The position numbers and the translations under genes are program-made. Under the pieces are notes generated by a model. The model did not search any database. It saw nothing but the letters and a program-made list of their open reading frames with translations, and had not been told where the DNA came from. Positions 37,901 to 48,900 of a stretch of 64,000 nt of DNA are shown here, in pieces; position 1 is the stretch's first letter; every line of letters starts with the position of its first letter. The DNA is taken from positions 1 through 64,000 of the forward strand of contig JAQGDQ010000533.1 in NCBI GenBank assembly GCA_030141605.1, given 5' to 3'. This stretch comes from Tubiluchus corallicola (lineage: Eukaryota > Animalia > Priapulida).

Positions 37901-40343
37901 AAGTTTGCAAAATTTTTTCACAGTCGCAGTATTAAACAGTTCTGATAATCTCATCACCAAAATCACGGCAACAGCCCCTTGCTTAACCTAATTCCAGCCA
38001 GACTTAAAAATAAACGGCGACTTTTAAAAACATTTTCACAAGACTGAAGAAGAGAAGACTCGTCATAGAGTAACCCCTATTTGACATAATTTTATACAAC
38101 CTAGCTGGCTAACTAAAAACTTAGCCAAAAAAGAATGATATGTTGGCAGAATAATGGTATAAGAAGTAATGTGAGTAGAAGAAAAGAAAGAAGCTAAAAA
38201 ATGTAAAAGAAATAGAGCAAGATAAACTTGTTCAAATTGATAATTCTCCCGGGAGATTCCAGCGAATCATTTAGATTTAAGATTTAATATTTTATTTCAA
38301 ACTTTACAAAGTTCATATACACATCACAAATGAATACAAATAATACAATAAATCATGACTCACAAAAATAACACAAATAACAATTAACGATATAACAAAC
38401 TATGCCAATGACGTCTAATTACAGAAGAAAAGTTTACATCACTGTTTAAAATGCTCTTGCATATAGAATTTTCACTCTTATTCAACCTTCAATGTATAAA
38501 CTGTATGCACATTTTCTGTGAATCACATCAAAATAAATAAGATTAAGTCTAGTAGAAATATATCTGGCGCTCGTATCGTATGAAAAGTTAAACAGCTTCC
38601 GTGTTGATACATTATACACAACCTCGAGTTTGCTAAGATTGTAAGAATAAAAATGTCTCCAAGTGGACATACAATAAAAAATAGTGCAGTAAGCATTAAG
38701 CAATTGTCTCTTCACGTTAACTGAACAGTGAGTAATTTATTGGCTCTGCTATAGTATAATATGGAATATATAATGTAGCATTTTATGGAATACACATAAG
38801 CTATCTGTTTCTCTGGGGGATTTCACTTGTTCTACTCAAAATCGGCGCTTGGTTATCTGATTGTTTTTGAACTAATTCCGCCATCAGTTGCAGCCATATT
38901 CTTCTCAGCAAAATTTTCTAGACTTCGAAAATAAATTTTACAGGTAGTCACTGACTTATTGAGATTGCGGCCCAAGCACAATTTAATTAATTATATAGAA
39001 CTAAGTATATCTCATATTTTCTTCCAACCTTTTCACAAGTTAACTTCAAATCGCTATCTGTTTTGATAAATTTATACGCAGGAGCTGCCATACTTACTGC
39101 ACGTACACACGCAACGTCCTACACATAGGGGTGCATCACTTGAACATAAGGATCTAAGTCACGACCAATCGGCCGGACACGATTGTGATTGTATGGCGAA
39201 ATGACTGCTTGCATGGGATGTGTACTAGGGTTAAATAATCTGCTAGGATTGTTCATAGATATTTTTGTGTGCTTTAGCACACTGTAGACAAACCACCAGG
39301 GCTTGCACAACATGATGTTTGTAGCAGGACTGACACTCGGCATATTATTAAAGGTATATCTCTAAGGTGAGCCACTGAAGTGGCAAAGATTGTACAGCCA
39401 CTTTGCGATACGTCCGCAAAATAGGCAGCCAAAATTAACAAATGTGTGCTTGTTAACCAAAACCGTCCACAAATTGGCATAGTTAAAACTGCGTTATGAT
39501 GTTTCAAATTAGAATGCACCAAAAATTTGGTTAAATGTAAATTTAATTTTTTGTTTTTTGTAAAAACAAATGCCAAATATATTGGTTTAATTTTATAACC
39601 CCTCACCCATTTTTCTGTCTAGAAACTAGTACTGCAAATGTAAAAAATCGAGGAAGCAGTCATTTTGCTTCGGGTTTTATCTGTTGTCAAGCTCAGATCT
39701 TCGCTGGGAAGAGCCATCTACTGGATTTAAACGTAACTTCACTGTGTTCCTGCAAAGTCCATGGCAACCAACATTTGTACGGTTGCTAAGTGTTTTGTAG
39801 AAACGCGACAAAAAACAATGGCTGACTTTAACAGCGATTTTTTCAAGATTGTTTTTCAGTGTGTGGCCTGCACTTCAGCTTCAACGTGGATTATTTCAGC
39901 TTAGAAATAACATAGAGCGATGGACTTGGTACCAAAATGATCCTCATGAAATGGAAATTTAGGATATGTGAATATCTAAAAAAGCTTAACTACCAACTTA
40001 TGGATGATTTTGCTATGCAAGCACACATGATATCACCCGGAGCAAGTAATGAAACCAGACGAGCATGCACCACTCATGCGAAAGCATGCAAGCCTATCCA
40101 CTCACCTGTGAACCCTACCACTGTTCTGTAGGAGCTCAGAAATGTTCTCTAAAATTATTTCGACTTTTATTTCAGTCGTTTAATCAGTCCGCTTAGTTAA
40201 ATTTAAATTCCTATTCATTCTTTCTGTTTCCTTAGGAGATTGGCTACACTCACATGCGGATCGCACAGGGCGTTGATTCTCTATTGCAGCTGTCTGGACT
40301 ACTGGCAAAACTTTGCAAGAAAACTGTACCGGCAACTAGCTGA
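25983..40343 (+). CDS. RFC2: Replication factor C subunit 2 (clamp-loader AAA+ ATPase); join(25983..26137,26304..26415,28012..28118,31105..31206,32884..32984,35620..35843,37077..37271,40236..40343); 367 aa
   Basis: GYELPWVEKYRP, Walker [39 protein letters not shown], Walker [25 protein letters not shown] motif (EPIQSRCA), [16 protein letters not shown]-terminal [26 protein letters not shown]. All 7 introns GT-AG and in phase. Confidence 0.97.
28527..30246. mobile_element. hAT-type non-autonomous element nested in family B
   Basis: TIR TAGGGATGCAGCGAAA / TTTCGCTGCATCCATA; degenerate 8-bp TSD aaactttc / aaacttaa; subterminal (a)accgaa repeats at both ends. Confidence 0.8.
28859..29573. mobile_element. 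Tc1/pogo-like MITE nested in the hAT element
   Basis: TA|CCATATATACGTGTGTACAAG ... CTTGCACATAAGTATATACGG|TA with aagtcgac subterminal motifs. Confidence 0.75.
33240..34471. mobile_element. Family B Kolobok-like element carrying a nested foldback MITE (33681-34310)
   Basis: ttaa|agaagtccaggacc ... catcctgtttttct|ttaa. Homology to 34681-35275 breaks at 33680 and resumes at 34311. Confidence 0.7.
33885..34206. repeat. 79-bp minisatellite, 4 copies, inside the nested MITE
   Basis: Unit cacaaatcaatgcataattaagtaaaatccatgtaaacagctgaagtactgaactgatgtggcaggcagtttttttacc starts at 33885, 33964, 34043 and 34122. Confidence 0.95.
34681..35275. mobile_element. Family B Kolobok-like MITE, uninterrupted copy
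   Basis: ttaa|agcaaaaccagacccaatcttaaactgtaggtcaaaa ... tctgtcttcct|ttaa; collinear with 60375-60995. Confidence 0.8.
37575..37872. mobile_element. Family C MITE-like repeat, inverted copy
   Basis: caagttactgttggcaag and gtgaatagagaagcgagtgtcagctcgtgcttatt are reverse complements of blocks in 17133-17340. Confidence 0.55.
38268..38740 (-). mobile_element. 5'-truncated LINE 3' end (RT-ORF C-terminal fragment) in RFC2 intron 7
   Basis: [18 protein letters not shown]...[14 protein letters not shown]...TSA resembles the post-RT region of RTE-X/L2-like LINEs. AATAAA and a (TAAATC)n-like tail follow on the minus strand. Confidence 0.6.
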
Positions 40344-40931
40344 GAGCGAAGAAGACAATGGTTCAGCAGTAATACTGGTGTAAAATTCTGGTTTCTGTTT
40401 GCAAATACTGCAGATATAAACTTCTCAAGGTTGCCGTTTTTGCTGGTCAGCTCATATGAAGAAGAACTATTCATTAAGGTCATTTGTATATGTCCTCGAT
40501 GATGTTACAAGGGAATTACGTCATTATCAGAGTGCTTGATGTTTTGCTATTCTTTGTGATTAGAATCATCTATTGTGATCAGCCATAATTGATTAGTTGT
40601 TCATCTATTGTAAAACACACAATCGGTATTGCAATCAATAATTCCTGCATTCTACTTTTTGATACTTTAGCTACGGAAATGCAAAAATAAAATCAGATTT
40701 TGATCATGTCATTTTCTTTTCTGTCCACTATTTTTGGATTAACACTTGACTGTCCGTGTTTATTAATGTTAATGCTATGTATATATTTTGCTACTATATT
40801 GTTGCAGTGCAGCTGTGTTTTGGTGTCCAAATAGTTCAAATAGGTTTTATTTTATTGTTCATCACTTTCATCTGTCTAAAGATTAGATGTCATGCTCTTC
40901 CATATGCTAAAGAAATATTAGGTTCCATGTA

Positions 40932-41537
40932 CAGTAAACACTGTATAACTCGAACACCTCGGGGCCTGAAAATTTGTTTGAATTTTGCGAAGGTACGAGT
41001 TAGACAATGATCGTAAGAAAACAAGATTGAGACACTTTTAACGTCGGACAATATACGACAGCCCAATCAAAATGACGAACTGAATCTTTAATCAAGTATC
41101 AAACAATTTTATGAATAATAAAAAATACTACGACTGCTCCACCTCTATTGTAATCTGAGTAGCATGGTTAATATAATTCGGCAATAATAATATTGTGATC
41201 GAGTTATTAAAAGCATGTTCGTTAAGCCATGTTGTGTTCATCGTTCTGCTAAGATAATACTAGAATTTTTAGCATTTTTGCTGAAATTGGCAGTTAGAAT
41301 CATGATGTTGTGCACACTTTCATGTAGGACTTCTCTTTTGGGAGGCTGTTCGAGATAGGCGAGTTAATTTCAGTCAGATTCTTAAGAATTGTACCAGGTA
41401 TTCGGTTCGAGTTACAGATTTGGAGTTACGCGATGTTTGTTAAAGGGAAAAATGAAAGGGAAAATCCATTCCACGAGATTTGTTTGAAATGCTCAAGAAT
41501 TAGAGTTTTGCCAGTTTGAATTATACTCAGTTTACTG
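40932..41537. mobile_element. Tc1/mariner (Tigger/pogo-like) MITE between RFC2 and Shaw
   Basis: TA|CAGTAAACACTGTATAACTCGAA ... TTTGAATTATACTCAGTTTACTG imperfect TIR; ttcgagtt subterminal motifs. Confidence 0.7.
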
Positions 41538-41656
41538 TGTCTGGAAAAAAATTGTGGAGTTTATTTTTACATGAGCAGTTATTTACAGTAAAGCACATAG
41601 ATTTAAATGCCGCACTTCCCACGCTTGTGCAGAGAGAAGCGCGCAAAAATGATGCA

Positions 41657-42117
41657 ACAATGGGTGACATGTTCTAATACAAACTCTGTGGTCTGGTGTA
41701 TGCCAAACAATGGGTGACATGTTCTATTGTAAACTCTGTGGTCTGGTGTGTGACAAACAATGGGTGACATGTTCTAATGCATACTCTGTGGTCTGGTGTA
41801 TGGCAAACAATGGGTGACATGTTCTATTGTAAACTCTGTGGTCTGGTGTATGACAAACAATGGGAGACATGTTCTAATACAAACTTTGTGGTCTGGTGCA
41901 TGGCAAACAATGGGTGACATGTTCTAATACAAACTCTGTGGTCTGGTGCATGGCAAACAATGGGTGACATGTTCTAATACAAACTCTGTGGTCTGGTGCA
42001 TGGCAAACAATGGGTGACATGTTCTAATACAAACTCTGTGGTCTGGTGCATGGCAAACAATGGGTGACATGTTCTATTGTAAACTCTGTGGTCTGGTGTA
42101 TGGCAAACAATAGGTGC
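41657..42117. repeat. 50-bp minisatellite, about 9 copies
   Basis: Unit acaatgggtgacatgttctaatacaaactctgtggtctggtgcatggcaa. Confidence 0.97.
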
Positions 42118-42490
42118 CTTGTTTTACAATAGAAAAATTATGTTCAATTGTATGGCAGAAGTTCACTGCGTCAGTTCAGTGACTTAGTTGTTTTAAATGG
42201 ACTCTATTTATTTAGTCTGTGCATAGGGTGATTTACTAAATGTGATACTGATATTTTACATGTGACGCTGGGCTTGAAAGTTCGGCAAAAATCGGCATAA
42301 AAGTTTCCACTGTGTTCATTGAAAATTTTTGCTAAAATTTATTTAAAAATATTCATTTTTAATGACAAAAATGCACAAGTGAGAAATAGATGGTGCTGTA
42401 TCAGTGGCAATTTGGTGATAAAGACAACATTCATTTATAAATATGCCATTTTTGTTTAAGTAAGGAAATAATTGGCTATGATTTTTTAAA

Positions 42491-42966
42491 ACTTTAGTTT
42501 GGTCAACTTCTGGCACCGGTGACTGTCAGTTTTAGTTTTGACTATTTTGGTCATTACCATCAGTGACTGTCAGCTTTAGTTTAGTCTATTTTGGTCATTG
42601 CCATCAGCAACTGACAGCTTTTATTTAGTCGACTTGGTCTTTGCCATCAGTGACTGTCAAGTTTAGTTTAGCCAATTTTGGTCTTTGCCATCAGTGACTG
42701 TCAACTTTGGTTTAGCCAATTTTGGTCTTTGCTATCAGTGACTGTCAGCTTCAGTACAATCAACTTCTGCCATTGACATCAATGACTATCAACTTCAGTA
42801 AAATCAATTTCTGCCATTGCCATCAATGACTGTCAAGTTCAGTTTAATCAACTTCTGCCATTGCCGTCAATGACTGTTAACTTCAGTTTAGTCAACTTCT
42901 ACCATTGCCGTCAATGACTGTTAACTTCAGTTTAGTCAACTTCTGCCATTGTCGTCAGTGACTGTC
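42491..42966. repeat. 44-bp minisatellite, about 11 copies, overlapping the Shaw stop codon and 3' UTR
   Basis: The tgactg-type anchor recurs at 42520, 42564, 42608, 42651, 42695, 42739, 42783, 42827, 42871, 42915 and 42959. Confidence 0.92.
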
Positions 42967-45900
42967 GTCTTCGTCCTCTCGTGTCACCAGCATTTCCTGG
43001 ACCCATCGAACTGCGGCGAAATTTTCTTGCCTCGCCATTTGACATACCTGATAAAAAATGATAGAATTCAGTTGGAAGTATAAAATGTGATGGGACGTAT
43101 TCTACGGAAAATATATTTTGTAATATTGTCAAATATTGCTAAACGTCAAATATAATGCCTTGTGTGCTAAAAGTTAACATGTCTGTCAGTAGTTATAATG
43201 AACTGTTATAATTGTATACAAAATCGAATGTGACATTTTCATTCTTTGTATTTTACAGCCATTGCCAGTCCTAAAGATATTCTTTTTTTGCTACCTAGAC
43301 AGGCCTATTTTTTGTCTTTAATGAGCTTAATTAGTTTTGATGATGTAGGAGTGAAATGGGTGTGCAAAAAATTCTAACATGTATCAGGAAAAATTTGAAT
43401 TAAACCCGTTGTGGCTTCATTTGCAATTCTGCAAATAAAGAAATATGTTTACAAAAAATGTTTAGTGTGAAAACCCTGTGTGTTGCACCGCCTGCAGTTT
43501 TAAGGCGTGTGTACACAGCAACAGGGGCGCATTAACCAATAGGCTAACCAAGCTATAGCCTAGGGTGCCAAAGTTTGAGGGGCATCACATTTTAGACAAA
43601 AATTCTTATTCTTCTCGGAAAATTTGTATACTTTCATATTCATGTAAAGAGCGCATCTTATAACACACTACAGACAGTTAGTGAGGGCAGTTCTCATATA
43701 AGTGCCACATAAGGAACGGGTGCAAGGTATTATACAACAAGCAGTTGTACAACCTGCTTTAATATAAGTATTATGCAAATACATGTAATTAATAATGATC
43801 ACGTAGAAACTAGCCAAATACTGTGTCTAATACACCACAAGTAATTCTTTAATCTGCATATCACATAAACAACCATAAATTCACAAAAAAGATGGGCGAG
43901 ACAAAACTATCAGCCAAGGGCGTCGTAGAGTCTTGATACGCCCTTGAACAGTAGTGACCCGAAAACTCTGGCATTATTATTTTTTATTGAACTGAATAGC
44001 CTGAAAGTTTACACCTCTTGCCAAATGCTGCTCTAGTAATTGTTAGTACCTTCCTGATTTAGTGAAGCATTGGCTGTTAGAAAATATAACACAAAAGCTG
44101 TCACTCTCTGTAACTGGCAGTCACTCAATAAACTCTCTGATTAGCTCACACTCTGTCTCTGGCGAGGCAGACTTTTAAACTACTTTCTAAGTTTGGCAAA
44201 CTTAGCTCACTAGAAAAGTTATCATATATCGTAGTGATGTATTTGGGACAGTCAGGTCAGAAAAGTGGTTTATCTTGAAATAAAGGAACGTCGAACACTA
44301 AACCTGCACTTTGGTGTATTTTTATCAGCTCTGACTTTTAACTGTTGTAACCAACGCAACGTAATACACCATATTCGTGGGCAAAACCGGTTCAGTCAGT
44401 TAATTTGGTGAAATCACTTCGGTCCCGAAGTGAGTCTATTAAGCGGCGTCTACTGTATTTTGCATTCGAGTTCATGTATATTATATTTTTGCATATATCT
44501 CATATTTAATCACATTTGTTTTATAATTAGAGCTCTTGTGTATATATTTTTGCATATAATCTCGTATTTCACAGCATTTACTCTAAGTACTTAATCGCAT
44601 ATAGGCTTCATAATCGCATTTAGTCATTGTTACCATATATAACTGTATTTAATCTTCCATATATTCACATATGAATAATGATTGTATCTAACCTCTCGTA
44701 TAACCGCTTTTAACGTTGATTAGTCTGGCATGTGACGGCATTTTAACCAAAAACTTTATCTGTATACTCTTAAATCTTAAAAAAAATTGTGTTCGATTTA
44801 TGGTCTTGTATAACCATGTATGTACTACTGGAACGGGGCAAACTGAGCAGTCGTTTGTTTCTGTAATGCAATATGGATAAATTAGATGCTAAAGTGGTAA
44901 GATTCAGAGTAGGACCTTAGTGTTCATCCTGGTATCACTTTCTCGTTTATCCGCAAGCATAAATCCGCAATTGTAAATATCCGCATTCGCAAAATCCGCG
45001 AATTAAGTGAAATTTGAATATCCTCGCATATGCAATACCGCAAAAATGTAGGCAACAAATTAACTAGGCTTGGTATTTGTGCCCTATTGTTAAAAACCGT
45101 TCCTTATTATGAAGCTAGGAGTTACAATTGCGAATCAATAATAAATTACTAACCAAACCCCAATTTTGTTTGTAAACCTTTAACGGCGACATACACAGCA
45201 CGATGTACATAGTACATTGCTCGACCATTATCATGCCCATCACACCACACCACAAACTATAATGTGCTCGAATAAAAAGCTATAATTAAGAGCAATGTTT
45301 CGCATCTAGGAATTTCCAGGTAAAATATTGGGAAGGAGCAAAAATGTAGGATGTGATGAGGAAAATAAACTAGTGATGAAAGGCATTTAATGTGGCAACA
45401 AGCCCTTTAATGTGCAAGGGAATGCTTAACGAACTGAAATTAGGAAAACGTTTTGTGCAAACACTTGAAAATTTATTTTAAATAAGTGGCTTTTGCATGC
45501 TGCAATTTCGCATAGAATCCGCGATTTTAGGCATTAAAAATCCGCAGCCACTAATTCACTATCCACATCGGAAAAAATTAATACGGATACCGCGACCGCA
45601 AATCCGTTACCGCCCGTCTCTATATGTTCAGGACAAAACTTTCGGCGATGGTGCCTGTAGCAATCATTTGTCCCACTATGGGGCACAAACTTGGCATTCC
45701 AAAACTGTGAATGTTATCCGTTGTTTTTGCATTCCCTAGGAAAGGTCATGTAACACTCTGTACACACTCTTCTCACAATAAGAGAAATAGTTTGGTTTTA
45801 GTATGGTGGCTCCATCTATGACCTTACAGAAATCAGTTATAAGAAATAATGATAATGAGTAATTTCCTTACTTTTCTTCTTGCATTCTTCGTGTTCATTG

Positions 45901-48900
45901 CCTTCCGGTGCAACTTTGTTGCATTTCATTGTTGCTTTGCGCACCGTTTGCAGTGCGCTCTCTGGTTTTGTTTGAGTGGTGACGGCCACCTCTTTTGCTG
46001 TCGCTGTAGCTTCCTCGTTGGTCTCATCGGTGAATATGACGCTAATGCCGCTTCTGATGGCAATGCCGTCGCCTGTGATGCCAAAATAAGATAATTAGAC
46101 ATGTGTCATGAAATGCCATGGATTATTTTAGTGCTGCTTCTACATGTGTGGTGTTTCACGGCTTTTTTAAACTAGAGTTTTGTTTTATTCAATTGTACAG
46201 AATTTTGTAATTTTAATCGCATTCATTTATTATGTAATTAGATATTAAATTTTAATAGCACTAGCTTTAAATATCAAATGCAGCATACTTTATGAAGTTA
46301 AAGATTTGCCCAAAACTGAAAGAAAATTCTCAAACTACGATTTCTAAAACTTTTTCAACCGTTTTTCTTGGTGTTTTATAACTGAGGAAATCAGATATAA
46401 GGGTGTCATTTACGGAGAAAATACGGAAATTCGTTTTTCGAAGGTTTTACTCCTTAGATGTTATTAGCAAACACGACGATCTTAGCATAGAGTTACAAGA
46501 AGTATCTTAGCTATGGCAGCGTTTCGTTACGTTACTTCTCACGGTATCAAATGAAGCCATAAGCCATTGCTATCCACAGTTGCTTGGCCTGCACCTTTCC
46601 GAAGTTTCACGAGCAAAACTGAACTACATAAATGTTTTGGGGAAAATGTAACTTCAACGCCCGATTTCATAACAAACTATTAGCATTTGGCATCGAAGTA
46701 CACTCACGATTCTCCCACAGATGGCATTGCAGACAATGAACCAATGATGTGATAGTAAAATACCCAAGAATGTATTATAACCTTGTCATGTTAGCGTGGA
46801 AGACAATAACCACGCAGCGGTTAAGTCAAACTTGCTGTTGGGCGCCAAGTAATCCTCTAGCCGAAGTAGGACAATTGGCGAACATGGGCTGCCCAAGTAG
46901 GACACTAGAGACAGGTCGCGAAATGAGTTGTTAAGCGTACTGGCACCGTCCGTTGTCCTTGTTTATGTAATAATAATAATTAAAAATGTCAACACACGTT
47001 GAATAATTTATTATACATCTGATAAAATAACAGAATTTTATTCTGAGCCGGTAGAACGGACAAAATTAAATTTGGCTTCGATATTAATGTTGTTGAAGTA
47101 AAATAAACCCACTTTTTCGGCGATTTCAACATTTGTTTAAGGTATATCATTTTTTTTATTTTGTCTCGCCTCACAGACAGGTGATCCGTTTCACTACCTC
47201 TTGAAGAAAAAATTGTTTTCTCCTAAGTAAACGTTCTAGGGATCTATGTGCCCTACATGGGCTAGCGAGCCATGTACGACAGTGCCCTATATGTTGCAAT
47301 ACTGTTGATATTATTAAAAGTAATTGTCTTTGCTTTTCCTAAATGTCAAAAATTACTTTTTCGTGTTGTGAACGCTTAGCAGCACAAAAATCGCCAGTGT
47401 CCTACTTCGGCTAGTGGCTTACTCGGCGCCCTACACTTGCAAATTTTATTAAAATTGCATCCTATAGTGGCAATGACCATTGAGAACCTCTAACACAGTA
47501 ATCTTGTGTCTATTAATCAGGCACGAAGAATGTAGGTATTGCAAAATTCAACACTACACTACCTGTTTTGATAATACTTGATTTTGGTGTTGTTGAGAAT
47601 AGTTCATTCTCTCATTACTTCACTGCTGCGTGGGAAAGACGCCATCTGATATACAAATATGTTTCCATGGTTACACGCTGCATTCGATAATGATTCACAA
47701 TGAGTAAAAATTAATGATAGTTGAATTTAGTTGTAAATGTGAGAAGATAATGAGTAAAATGACAATTGAATTTAGCTGTAAATGTGAGAAGATAATGAGT
47801 AAAATGACAATTGAGTTTAGCTGTGAACATGAGAGGATAGTGAGTAAAATGATAGTTGAATTTAGTTGTAAATGTGAGAAGATAATGTATAAAATGACAA
47901 TTGAATTTAGTTGTAAATATGAGAGGATGATGAATAAAATGACAATTGAATTTAGTTGTGAACATGAGAGGATAATGAGTAAAATGATAGTTGAATTTAG
48001 TTGTAAATGTGAAAAGATAATGTATAAAATGATAGTTGAATTTAGTTGTAAATGTGAGAAGATAATGAATAAAATGACAATTGAATTTAGTTGTAAATGT
48101 GAGAGGATGATGAGTAAAAAGATTATTGAATTTAGCTGTGAACCTGAGAGGATGATGAACAAAATGACAATTGAATTTAGCTGTGAACATAAGAGGATAA
48201 TGAGTAAAATGACAATTGAATTTAGCTGTGAACATGAGAGGATAATGAATAAAATGACAATTGAATTTAGCTGTGAACCTGAGAGGATGATGAACAAAAT
48301 GACAATTGAATTTAGCTGTGAACATAAGAGGATAATGAGTAAAATGACAATGGAATTTAGCTGTAAACATGAGAGGATAATGAATAAAATGATAGTTGAA
48401 TTTAGTTGTAAATGTGAGAGGATAATGTATAAAATGATAGCTGAATTTAGTTGTAAATGTGAGAGGATAATGAATAAAATGACAATTGAACTTAGCTGTG
48501 AACATGAGAGGATAATGTATAAAATGATAGTTGAATTTAGTTGTAAATGTGAGAGGATAATGTATAAAATGATAGTTGAATTTAGTTGTAAATGTCAGAG
48601 GATAATGATAAAATGATAGTTGAATTTAGTTGTAAATGTGAGAAGATAATGTATAAAATGATAGTTGAATTTAGTTGTAAATGTGAGAGGATAATGTATA
48701 AAATGATAGTTGAATTTAGTTGTAAATGTGAGAGGATAATGATAAAATGATAGTTGAATTTAGTTGTAAATGTGAGAAGATAATGTATAAAATGAATTTA
48801 GCTGTAAACATGTGAGAAAATAACACATTAAAATGGCCAGATACCCAAAATTTGCAGGAATCCCCGTTTGTAAAATCTCTTTTGATCATGTGGGTCCATA

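Noticed and set aside
39278-39366. Possible cassette/poison exon in RFC2 intron 7
   Set aside because: Splice-like signals only; it would shift the frame, and RFC2 is complete without it. There is no support without transcripts.
41657-42117. CRISPR-like appearance of this and other regular arrays (also 22590, 33885, 42491, 47699)
   Set aside because: The units are head-to-tail with no unique spacers, there are no cas genes, and the context is eukaryotic.
42932-42946. C-terminal MAEVD as an Hsp70/Hsp90-like EEVD TPR-binding motif
   Set aside because: Partial match only, and the sequence coincides with a minisatellite unit; no supporting evidence.
47695-48616. 200-300 aa repeat ORFs on both strands
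   Set aside because: 45-bp minisatellite artefacts.
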